Source: Macrostomum hystrix
Taxonomy: Eukaryota > Animalia > Platyhelminthes
Reading direction: 5' to 3'
NCBI GenBank assembly: GCA_950097015.1
Contig: CATNEN010000034.1
Location: 5,146,001 to 5,210,000, forward strand
DNA length: 64,000 nucleotides
The translations under genes were made by a program, and so were the position numbers. How positions within the stretch are numbered: the first letter of the stretch is position 1; each line of letters starts with the position of its first letter. Below the pieces are notes generated by a model, which was not told the DNA's origin, did no database searches, and was given only the letters and a program-made list of their open reading frames with translations. Shown here in pieces: positions 49,437 through 61,412 of the stretch.

Positions 49437-49960
49437 TTGCCAACCCTCCGCTGTACACCTATTTGGTTCGCGCCGCTTCAGTCTATCACTATTGCGTTTC
49501 GATCGGCGCCAATCCGCCCCAGATACCGTCGCCAGCCATCAACCACCAACCACCATCTGGCAGCGCAGCTGCAGGTGGTTGCGGAGGCGGGGGCCCACTC
49601 GAGGTCCCAGGAACCGACCAGAGCGCCGCCGCCGCGATGGCTGCCGCCGCGGCAAACTACGCCCGAATCGTTGGCATGTCGCTGCCGCCTCCGCTGTCAT
49701 TGCCGCAGCCCCTGACGCCGACGTCCCAGCCGTTGTCGCAGCTGGCGCATCAGTCGATGGCCGTCAACTGGAGGCCGCCGCTGCCCCCGATGTCGCTGCC
49801 ACCGACTGTTCTCATGCCTCAGCCGCAGCCGCAGCAGTTGCCCACAATGTCGCAAGCGTCAATGGCTGCCGCAGCCGCTGCCAACGCGGCCTCCTCAACT
49901 GGTTCTGGAACCAAGGAGACTGCAAGCAAAAGTCAGACAATCTTCAGGCCTTATTGCTGA
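49437..49960 (+). CDS. evx: Evx exon 3 (Ala/Pro-rich repression region, C-terminal IFRPYC*); total 323 aa
   Basis: Acceptor CCGCAG| 49436/49437 phase 1. NPPLYTYLVRAA resembles the Evx post-homeodomain motif. FRPY resembles the Eve LFKPY Groucho-binding motif. TGA 49958-60. Confidence 0.92.
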
Positions 49961-51984
49961 CAAATTTTCTCAACAGATGAGAATAGAAAAAGTGATTAAC
50001 AAACAATAGTGCATTCTTATCCTTTATCTGTTATAAAGACTCATTATCACTATATATTTATGAAATGCTTTTTATTAATACGAGTCAAAAACAGTTAGTC
50101 TTCTGCTTTAATAAGCTTTTTGTAACTGCCTATATTTGTCTAATCCAGCAGATCAATTATAAAAATCAAAAGCTGCTTCATCGGTTTGTCACTCATATAT
50201 AAATATCATTCATTCATTCATTTATTCATCTAAGTGTCCGTGGACTATATTTCCTCTTCTTGTTTCACTTAGTTTTGTCACGACACACCATTGTCTAAAA
50301 TAAATAATACCAAACAAAAAAACGTGTACCTTGATTGTTAAAATGGCTCTTTTTGACAATGCTTTGCCATAACAACCAGTCATAATGCCAGAAATTCATG
50401 CCAATAAATTCCTATTTATATCGATTTTCCGCTTGTCTTCTAAATAATAAAAATGAAAAACACCAAAAGGTCGTTTGCTGGGCTGAAGGGACGAACTAGG
50501 GATTATTGTAACGAGAGGCGCCAGTATACCTAGGCAGGCTTGACAACATTCACCGCCTTTATTGCCCCATTCGCGCTAGTCAAACACAGATTTGCGCAAA
50601 GCAGCAGCCACATTATCGACTGAAGCAGAGTTCCCAATTGATAGCTAGATAAAAAATGAATTTATCTGCATGCGACAATCAGGTGGCACCCTGCCATTCT
50701 CGATCCTATCGGTGAATAGCCATCAATGATATCAACCGGACATAAAGAAATGTTTTATATACATTACACACACACGTGACACGAACATACTTCGAGTAGG
50801 TTGTGACCATTGGTCAGCCGGAATCAAAGCTGTGGTGTAATACGTCTGCGAGGGCCGCCAAAGACACACTGCGTGACACTTGCAACAGAGACAATAATGC
50901 TGCAGGGCAAGCGGATTGAGGACGGGATATTTTACTAGTTTACAACGCCTTGGCTGGCGGGCGCACGTCTCCACGTCTCGATGCTCCGTCGCCGCCGCCG
51001 CCACAGCCGCCACAGCGGCCGCCACGACCGCCGCCGCCGCCGCCGCCGCCGCCGCCAGCGCCGGCGCCTGCCATCCCGCTGGCCATCTTGCGTTACGCGT
51101 GCAACTTTTGGCTAAATAATCATAATCCGTAATATGGCCGGTGTTTCTGGGGGGCTTGTAAGATGTTAAAATTTAAACCGATGCCACTACAGACTATGAA
51201 ATCCACGTTGTGAAAGTTATGGTATGATTATTCAGAATATGGATAAAACGAGTGTTTTTAGTTGTTGATGCTCCACTGATAACAAACTTTGGAAACAACA
51301 AACTAGATTGATTTAAAGAAGTGGGTTTCAAACTGTTCCCAATGTCCCAGATCCCAGATCCCAGATCATCTCATCAAGATGATGCTTAAGTATAGTAAGC
51401 AACCAGAATTCAGTCATGTAGCCCGACGTGTGAGCTAATCCATACAGGAAAAAATAATTAATTTTCCTCTTATCCCCATAGTTACTAACGGCGATAAAGG
51501 CTACAACTTTAGAAGCAGGTTTAATCGACTCGGATTGACATTTGAAGTTAGGCTCGATGGAAAGACACAAACATTCGGGCGCCAAATTGACAGTTTAATA
51601 ATTAATCAAGTAATATATAACTGAGCACATACTCGTTGCTTTGCACTGGGGGGAACCAGAGACAAATAAAGACGCATCTGCTATCTCATTATGGCAGAAG
51701 TTTGAGCACTGAGACACTCAGAGGTGCTTATAGGAGTTTTATGACAGACAGTTAGTTATCAGTCAGTGTCAGGGTCTGATCTGCTGAATATGCTAGTACC
51801 ATAATACCAAATTCTACCATCCGAATCTGAGCATACCATGAGTGACTCTATAAAAATCTTAATTCGTTTCACCAAGCACTATATATAATAGGATGATCTG
51901 GTAGACAAAATGCATGCTGAAGCGTCAAAGCGATACTGCTCTGAATGCCAAATGCCTTTTTTATATTCAGAGGGGTCCGAAAAC

Positions 51985-54900
51985 TTGAGCTGTTCCTGAG
52001 TATGGATTTAAGATTTGAGCTGTTCTCTAGATTTAGGATTTGGCATTTGAACTGTTCCTGAGTATGGATTTGGGATTTGGGCTGTTCCTGAGTATGGATT
52101 TGGGATTTGAACTGTTCCTGAGTATGGATTTGGCATTTGAACTGTTCCTAAGTATGGATTTGGGATTTGAACTGTTCCTAAGTATGGATTTGGGATTTGA
52201 ACTGTTCCTGAGTATGGATTTGGGATTTGAACTGTTCCTAAGTATGGATTTGGGATTTGAACTGTTCCTGAGTATGGATTTGGGATTTGAACTGTTCCTA
52301 AGTATGGATTTGGCATTTGAACTGTTCCTGAGTATGGATTTGGGATTTGAACTGTTCCTGAGTATGGATTTGGGATTTGAACTGTTCATGAGTATGAATT
52401 TGGGATTTGAACTGTTCCTAAGTATGGATTTGGGATTTGAACTGTTCCTAAGTATGGATTTGGCATTTGAACTGTTCCTGAGTATGGATTTGGCATTTGA
52501 ACTGTTCCTGAGTATGGATTTGGGATTTGAACTGTTCATGAGTATGAATTTGGGATTTGAACTGTTCCTAAGTATGGATTTGGGATTAGAACTGTTCCTG
52601 AGTGTGGATTTGGGATTTGAACTGTTCATGAGTATGGATTTGGCATTTGAACTGTTCCTGAGTATGGATTTGGGATTAGAACTGTTCCTGAGTATGGATT
52701 TGGGATTTGAACTGTTCCTAAGTATGGATTTGGCATTTGAACTGTTCCTGAGTATGGATTTGGGATTTGAACTGTTCATGAGTATGAATTTGGGATTTGA
52801 ACTGTTCCTAAGTATGGATTTGGGATTTGAACTGTTCCTGAGTATGGATTTGGGATTTGAACTGTTCCTGAGTATGGATTTGGGATTAGAACTGTTCATG
52901 AGTATGGATTTGGGATTTGAACTGTTCCTGAGTATGGATTTGGGATTTGAACTGTTCCTAAGTATGGATTTGGCATTTGAACTGTTCCTGAGTATGGATT
53001 TGGGATTTGAACTGTTCATGAGTATTGATTTGGGATTAGAACTGTTCCTGAGTATGGATTTGGGATTTGAACTGTTCCTGAGTATGGATTTGGGATTAGA
53101 ACTGTTCCTGAGTGTGGATTTGGGATTTGAACTGTTCCTGAGTATGAATTTGGGATTTGAACTGTTCCTGAGTATGGATTTGGGATTAGAACTGTTCCTG
53201 AGTATGGATTTGGCATTTGAACTGTTCCTAAGTATGGATTTGGGATTAGAACTGTTCCTGAGTATGAATTTGGGATTTGAACTGTTCCTAAGTATGGATT
53301 TGGGATTTGAACTGTTCCTAAGTATGGATTTGGCATTTGAACTGTTCCTGAGTATGGATTTAGGATTTGAACTGTTCCTGAGTATTGATTTGGGATTAGA
53401 ACTGTTCATGAGTATGAATTTGGGATTTGAACTGTTCCTAAGTATGGATTTGGGATTTGAACTGTTCCTAAGTATGGATTTGGCATTTGAACTGTTCCTG
53501 AGTGTGGATTTGGGATTTGAACTGTTCCTGAGTATGAATTTGGGATTTGAACTGTTCCTAAGTATGGATTTGGGATTTGAACTGTTCCTAAGTATGGATT
53601 TGGGATTAGAACTGTTCCTGAGTATGAATTTGGGATTTGAACTGTTCCTAAGTATGGATTTGGGATTAGAACTGTTCATGAGTATGAATTTGGGATTTGA
53701 ACTGTTCCTAAGTATGGATTTGGGATTTGAACTGTTCCTAAGTATGGATTTGGCATTTGAACTGTTCCTGAGTGTGGATTTGGGATTTGAACTGTTCCTG
53801 AGTATTGATTTGGGATTAGAACTGTTCCTGAGTATGGATTTGGGATTTGAACTGTTCCTGAGTATGGATTTGGGATTAGAACTGTTCCTGAGTATGGATT
53901 TGGGATTAGAACTGTTCCTGAGTATGGATTTGAACTGTTCCTGAGTATGGATTTGGGATTAGAACTGTTCCTGAGTATGGATTTGGCATTTGAACTGTTC
54001 CTGAGTATGGATTTGGCATTTGAACTGTTCCTGAGTATGGATTTGGGATTAGAACTGTTCCTGAGTATGGATTTGGCATTTGAACTGTTCCTGAGTATGG
54101 ATTTGGCATTTGAACTGTTCCTGAGTATGGATTTGGGATTTGAACTGTTCCTAAGTATGGATTTGGGATTAGAACTGTTCCTGAGTATGGATTTGGCATT
54201 TGAACTGTTCCTAAGTATGGATTTGGGATTAGAACTGTTCCTGAGTATGGATTTGGGATTAGAACTGTTCCTGAGTATGGATTTGGGATTTGAACTGTTC
54301 CTGAGTATGGATTTGGGATTAGAACTGTTCCTGAGTATGGATTTGGGATTAGAACTGTTCCTGAGTATGGATTTGGGATTTGAACTGTTCCTGAGTATGG
54401 ATTTGGGATTAGAACTGTTCCTGAGTATGGATTTGGGATTAGAACTGTTCCTGAGTATGGATTTGGGATTTGAACTGTTCCTGAGTATGGATTTGGGATT
54501 AGAACTGTTCCTGAGTATGGATTTGGGATTAGAACTGTTCCTGAGTATGGATTTGGGATTAGAACTGTTCCTGAGTATGGATTTGGGATTTGAACTGTTC
54601 CTGAGTATGGATTTGGGATTAGAACTGTTCCTGAGTATGGATTTGGGATTAGAACTGTTCCTGAGTATGGATTTAAGATTTGAGCTGTTCTCCAGATTTA
54701 GGATTTGGGATTTGGGCTGTTCCTGAGTATGGATTTGGGATTTGGGCTGTTCCTGAGTATGGATTTGGGATTTGGGCTGTTCCTGAGTATGGATTTGGGA
54801 TTTGGGCTGTTCCTGAGTATGGATTTGGGATTTGGGCTGTTCCTGAGTATGGATTTGGGATTAGAACTGTTCCTGAGTATGGATTTGAACTGTTCCTGAG

Positions 54901-55322
54901 TATGGATTTGGGATTAGAACTGTTCCTGAGTATGGATTTGGGATTAGAACTGTTCCTGAGTATGGATTTGGGATTAGAACTGTTCCTGAGTATGGATTTG
55001 GGATTAGAACTGTTCCTGAGTATGGATTTGGGATTAGAACTGTTCCTGAGTATGGATTTGAACTGTTCCTGAGTATGGATTTGGGATTAGAACTGTTCCT
55101 GAGTATGGATTTGGGATCTGGGCTGTTCCTGAGTATGGATTTGGGATTTGAACTGTTCCTGAGTATGGATTTGGGATTTGAACTGTTCCTGAGTATGGAT
55201 TTGGGATTAGAACTGTTCCTGAGTATGGATTTGGGATTTGAACTGTTCCTGAGTATGGATTTGGGATTTGAACTGTTCCAAAATATCGATTTGGATTTCA
55301 GCTGTTTGACAGTATGGATTTG
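51985..55322. repeat. 3.3-kb 30-bp tandem repeat TGAACTGTTCCTGAGTATGGATTTGGGATT
   Basis: Exact 30-bp phase in lines 52081-53881; ORFs of 548 and 634 aa are its translations. Confidence 0.97.
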
Positions 55323-55385
55323 GGAGTAATATTAATTCGGGGTAAAGCCGCGGAGAGAAGGCTTGGCAGCTTGTCGTTCAATTTA

Positions 55386-55489
55386 CAATTTTACACCTTA
55401 TAGGGTCAACCCTCAAAGCACAGTGAGAGTGTACACTGCCAGTCGATGAGAAAGTCAGGGCAGATGTACACACCTGCGTGAGCGTGTGC
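55386..55489. mobile_element. Dispersed hairpin-containing element, copy 2 (inverted, more degenerate)
   Basis: Reverse complement aligns to 35699-35797. Confidence 0.55.
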
Positions 55490-56139
55490 TGACTGCGCGG
55501 GCCCACAATGAATCTTCCACACACGAAGATTCACAGTTCATATTCTGTGTGAGGCCGTGCTTATAACTAAAGCGAGTTTTCCTAATCATATCATAGGCAA
55601 CACCTTGAGCAGTCCTCAAGTACCCTCGGCAATTGTTTCCATTAGCCGCTGTCCTAAGTAGAACTGTTTCGCTTCACCAGACTTTGGCCTGCATCATTTG
55701 TGAACTGCAATTGTATGAGACTTGTAAACTCGAAGAATACACTATCATTTCTTCAAGCTTATGCCATAAGTTGAAGCTATAGTGTTCTCGAGTTTAGTCA
55801 GTTTTACAGCTTTTGCTCGGCACTGTGTGGACCCACTCACAATGTTAACTTCGTGTATTATAATTTTGCTCTACACAGTAGGCTATGCGCCTGCTTTTGT
55901 ATCTGGGGCGGCCAGGACCGCTGGCGCCACATTGAAATTAGAATCTGCACTCATCTACAGTCTCAGACTCAAGTCCTATTACCGGCTGAACACCTGCAAT
56001 TGCTTATTTATTCATTTCTACTGCTTCCTACTTAAGTTTTCCAATACAGTTACATCCTGACCTTTAATCTTAAGCCTATTCCTTGGAATTTTAAATCTAT
56101 TAAATCGAATCTATAATCTATCCAATAGAATCTGTCAGA

Positions 56140-56648
56140 GAGTGGAGAGATGAGACAGTGGAGAGATGAGACAGTGGAGAGATGAGACAGTGGAGAGATG
56201 AGACAGTGGAGAGATGAGACAGTGGAGATAATCTGTTCCATCGAATCTACAATCTATTCCATCGAATCTATAATCTATTCAATCGAATCTTTAATCTATT
56301 CCATCGAATCTACAATCTATTCAATCGAATCTTTAATCTATTCCATCGAATCTATAATCTATTCCATCGAATCCATAATCTATTCCATCGAATCTTTAAT
56401 CTATTCCATCGAATCTATAATCTATTCCATCGAATCCATAATCTATTCCATCGAATCTACAATCTATTCCATCGAATCTATAATCTATTGCATCGAATCT
56501 ATAATCTATTCCATCGAATCTATAATCTATTCCATCGAATCTATAATCTATTCCATCGAATCTACAATCTATTCAATCGAATCTTTAATCTATTCCATCG
56601 AATCTATAATCTATTCCATCGAATCCATAATCTATTCCATCGAATCTA
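56140..56648. repeat. Two abutting arrays: 16-bp GAGACAGTGGAGAGAT (56140-56228) and 21-bp CCATCGAATCTATAATCTATT (56230-56648)
   Basis: Direct reading. Confidence 0.93.
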
Positions 56649-57309
56649 ACATTGATTTCATCTGACATGTAGAATCATCTGTCCTAGTGACCGCTGCTAC
56701 CTACCTGTATGCCAGGTAACTAAATTGTCATATGTAAGCAGCGGAGATAAGCCCACGCTCCATCACTAAAAGTTCTCAGTCCACGTTTGATTTGACGCCT
56801 TAAAATTCAAGTCGTTTTGTGCCACTTCTATTAGCTAAAAGGTGAGCATTAATAAATAGTTTGTGGCACAAATCTGACGCTCAACAGTAATAAAATATGG
56901 CAGCAAAAATTGTCCAAATGAGAACACTCGGTTAATTCTGATCTCAATCTCTCTCCCTCTCTATCTGGCCTGATTTCGCTAAGTGAGACATCGATTGGAG
57001 AGTCAAAACTCCCGAGAGGTCGATCAAGGCTATATACGAGCGTAGCGTCTATTTCCTAGAAAGTGTTTTCATCGAGTCTAAGTAATTGGCTTATCCTTCG
57101 GATATCAACTTTCCTGATTTCAGATGGACGATAAGTTATTCATGATGGCCCAAGATTTTATAGGCGACATTATTCTGATTGGTCTCATCTTCGAAGGCAG
57201 TTTATTTCCGAGCATCAATTTGAAATGCAACCAGTTTTGTGGGATGTAATTTACTAAATTACAGTGACGCTGTGAGTATTTAACTGCTGAACTGATAATT
57301 AATACTGAT

Positions 57310-58546
57310 AATGAGACAGTGGAGAGATGACACTGGGGAGAGATGAGGCAGTGGGGAGATGAGACAGTGGAGAGATGAGACAGTGGAGAGATGAGACAGT
57401 GGAGAGATGAGACAGTGGAGAGATGAGACAGTGGAGAGATGAGACAGTGGAGAGATGAGACAGTGGAGAGATGAGGCAGTGGAGAGATGAGACAGTGGAG
57501 AGATGAGACAGTGGAGAGATGAGGCAGTGGAGAGATGAGGCAGTGGGGAGATGAGACAGTGGAGAGATGAGACAGGGGAGAGATGAGACAGTGGAGAGAT
57601 GAGGCAGTGGGGAGATGAGACAGTGGAGAGATGAGACAGTGGGGAGATGAGACAGTGGGGAGATGAGACAGTGGAGAGATGAGACAGTGGAGAGATGAGA
57701 CAGTGGAGAGATGAGACAGTGGAGAGATGAGACAGTGGAGAGATGAGACAGTGGAGAGATGAGACAGTGGAGAGATGAGACAGTGGAGAGATGAGACAGT
57801 GGAGAGATGAGACAGTGGAGAGATGAGACAGTGGAGAGATGAGACAGTGGACAGATGAGACAGTGGAGAGATGAGACAGTGGAGAGATGAGACAGTGGAC
57901 AGATGAGACAGTGGAGAGATGAGACAGTGGAGAGATGAGACAGTGGAGAGATGAGACAGTGGAGAGATGAGGCAGTGGAGAGATGAGACAGTGGAGAGAT
58001 GAGACAGTGGAGAGATGAGGCAGTGGAGAGATGAGACAGTGGAGAGATGAGACCGTGGAGAGATGAGACAGTGGAGAGATGAGACTGGGAAGAGATGAGA
58101 CACGGGAGAGAGATGAGACTGGGGAGAGATGAGACTGGGGAGAGATGAGACACGGAGAGAGATGAGACACGGGAGAGAGATGAGACAGTGGAGAGATGAC
58201 ACTGGGGAGAGATGAGACAGGGGAGAGATGAGACAGTGGAGAGATGAGACAGTGGAGAGATGAGGCAGTGGAGAGATGAGGCAGTGGGGAGATGAGACAG
58301 TGGAGAGATGAGACAGGGGAGAGATGAGACAGTGGAGAGATGAGGCAGTGGGGAGATGAGACAGTGGAGAGATGAGACAGTGGAGAGATGAGGCAGTGGA
58401 GAGATGAGGCAGTGGGGAGATGAGACAGTGGAGAGATGAGACAGTGGAGAGATGAGGCAGTGGGGAGATGAGACAGTGGAGAGATGAGACAGTGGAGAGA
58501 TGAGGCAGTGGGGAGATGAGACAGTGGAGAGATGAGACAGTGGAGA
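57310..58546. repeat. 16-bp tandem repeat GAGACAGTGGAGAGAT, containing a variant block identical to 3946-4051
   Basis: Direct reading. Confidence 0.96.
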
Positions 58547-59214
58547 TATGCGACAGCGTTGTAAAACATTGATGAGTTCACACGATGTAAAAGCCATCAA
58601 GTTTTTTGTACTCTGACAAATTCGCATAATAATGACAGCAGTTTTTTATCTATTTCTCTGCGACATATTTTTCCAACAAAAATAGATATTAAGATTGAGG
58701 TTATATTGTTAGCAATTTGCTCATAGCTAATTGCCTAATTTATCAAAGTTGTTTCGCGTGAGTCTGGTCCAGTTTCTGCTGCTACAATGTCTGCCAGTTG
58801 GTTGATTGCCCATTCATAGTTTATGACATGCAGAGAGACAAATTTTCTCATTTGTCTCATCACATACATCTGCTCTTGTATGGACAAGCTGTTTGAGCAC
58901 AGATATTATAATCATGGCTCTCTCATTATAGGCCAAGAAATATTTGAAATGGTGAGAAAGAGAAATAAATATATAGTTAAGCAGAGAAAGAAATAATATA
59001 ATAACTGACTATAGAATTAACAATGCATTTCAATGCAGCAATTATTTGACTCAGCGTCTAAAACCTATCGTTCTAACCATAACCTCACTCAAATATTAAG
59101 CGTTTACAACCTCTTGAGTTTAACTTGATGTTGCTATCTTTTACTCAAGCAAATGTTAAAGTGAATCTGCAGCGTCATTATAGTTACACTCATATTATGC
59201 TCTTAATTTTAGGA

Positions 59215-59868
59215 ATTTGACAGGCTGATAGAGGGTTTGACAGGCTGATAGAGGGTTTGACAGGCTGATAGAGGGTTTGACAAGCTGATAGAGGGTTTGA
59301 CAGGCTGATGGAGGTTTTGACAGGCTGATAGAGGGTTTGACAGGCTGATGGAGGGTTTGACAGGCTGATAGAGGGTTTGACAAGCTGATAGAGGGTTTGA
59401 CAGGCTGATAGAGGGTTTGACAAGCTGATAGAGGGTTTGACAGGCTGATAGAGGGTTTGACAGGCTGATAGAGGGTTTGAAAAGCTGATAGAGGGTTTGA
59501 CAAGCTGATAGAGGGTTTGACAATCTGATAGAGGGTTTGACAGGCTGATAGAGTGTTTGACAAGTTGATAGAGTGTTTGACAGGCTGATAGAGGGTTTGA
59601 CAGGCTGATAGAGGGTTTGACAGGCTGATAGAGGGTTTGACAGGCTGATGGAGGGTTTGACAGGCTGATAGAAGGTTTGACAGGCTGATAGAGGGTTTGA
59701 CAGGCTGATAGAGGGTTTGACAGGCTGATAGAGGGTTTGACAGGCTGATAGAGGGTTTGACAGGCTGATAGAGGGTTTGACAGGCTGATAAAGGGTTTGA
59801 CAGACTGATGGAGGGTTTGACAGGCTGATGGAGGGTTTGACAGGCTGATAGAGGGTTTGACAAGCTGA
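59215..59868. repeat. 20-bp tandem repeat GACAGGCTGATAGAGGGTTT
   Basis: Exact 20-bp phase. Confidence 0.96.
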
Positions 59869-61369
59869 TCGGGGTTCTGTTTTCTTAGCTTGTAAAACGT
59901 TATGCATTCAGCAGTTCTCTAGTTTGGGTCAGTTTGGGGTGGTTGATTTCTAGCTTTTGTCTGCAATTTTTTATTCAAATTCTTCTTTTTTATTGCGGCT
60001 AGTTCGTCGTATATGACAAATGAAATAAATGGTGCTGACAGCCATTTGTTAGAACAGTTATTAGTTACGGTGACTAAGGCACTCCACCTGTTTTTGGTTG
60101 TAAAATTGAGTGAAAAATAGAATCTCCGAGAAAAACATGAAATATGCGCATGTTCATTGTTCAGCTTCCGTTTTTATGACTAAATTTCTGTTAACAATGT
60201 CAAAAATAAGTATAGACGCGATGAAATCCATCGAGCCTGATTCTTTCCCTTATTGTTTGCTTGGATAATAAAAGTTTAATTTATTAGGCGCTGAGCGGAT
60301 GAAGATGTGACCCCTGGATTATATATATCGCCCATTTTTTATGTGAGGCTGTGAAATACATGTAACAGGTAAGCTTGCGGTACTATGCAGTTTAGCACAT
60401 AGTTGTATCTGCTGCCACACTCCTATTGTTATGTTTTATTAAGATAAAGTGTGCATCACGAATTTTAACAAGAAAAGCGCCAAATTTGTGTTTCAAATAC
60501 ACCAAAAAGCAGTTTTTCCAGCATGGCAGATTTGGGAGATAGCAATTAAATAGAAGTTGTAAAACACGTAACAAAAAGTAATGTTAGTCAACAGCATGCG
60601 GTGTAGTATAGAGCAAGATAGCTTTTAAATCAAGTAGCTCAATGAGTTAAACAAAAAGGCAAACATATTTTTTCGCTTTCCTTGGAATCTTGATTACTTT
60701 TTATTTACACAGATAAATGGCTAGATGTAGTGTATTGGATCAAAACGGTTGATCATTCCTCAGCTAATGTACGTTTAAAATAAAGTAATCGATAAATGTT
60801 CAGCTACAAAGTCATGCGTGATTTACGAGACAAGATACCTACTGCTCGTACCTACTGCTGAAAAATCAAATAGAATTCTAATCGACGATCTACAAAAAAC
60901 GAAAAACCTAAAAATGCTAACAGTGTAATAATAGAATCATATAAAATATTGACGCTAAAAACACTACTGACAAACTAAGTAGTATTACTAGTAAACGATG
61001 CAGGTTAAGGTGCATTTGAAGGTAAAGCTTATAATTTGGATGCATGAGTTGGTTACACATTATATATATATACACTATTTCGCGCATTGGTGAAAAAATT
61101 ATAGTATGACAATAGTGGGGAATAGTCTATAAAGTTATAAAGACAGTCTTAAAAGGACGTTTTACCGCGTGCAAATTTATTAATTTGCAAATATAGTCCT
61201 ATGCACATTATGTGGTATAATTATTAGAAGATTTTAGAGAACTGTTACTGACAGGATTTTAAGCGTCGCGTATTTTTTGTTCTTGGACCCTCGTTTTAGT
61301 AACCACTTAATTACTTTCTCTTATTCTATTGTATTTACTGATACGCGCAAGCAATAGTCCGGTAGACCT

Positions 61370-61412
61370 TATATAAAGGGCTGACTAAATGACTCTAGTC
61401 ATTTTTGACTCA
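61370..61412 (+). promoter_or_regulatory. Candidate TATA-Inr core promoter with an AP-1-like site
   Basis: TATATAAAG 61370-78; TCATT with A at 61401 (31 nt downstream); TGACTCA 61406-12. No downstream gene could be confidently modelled. Confidence 0.3.

Noticed and set aside
52033-53944. 634-aa and 548-aa ORFs (and similar long ORFs at 27, 12637, 14802, 19863, 27409, 31027, 37782, 57120, 59195)
   Set aside because: They are translations of tandem repeats that lack stops by chance, open in several frames or strands, with no splice or domain support
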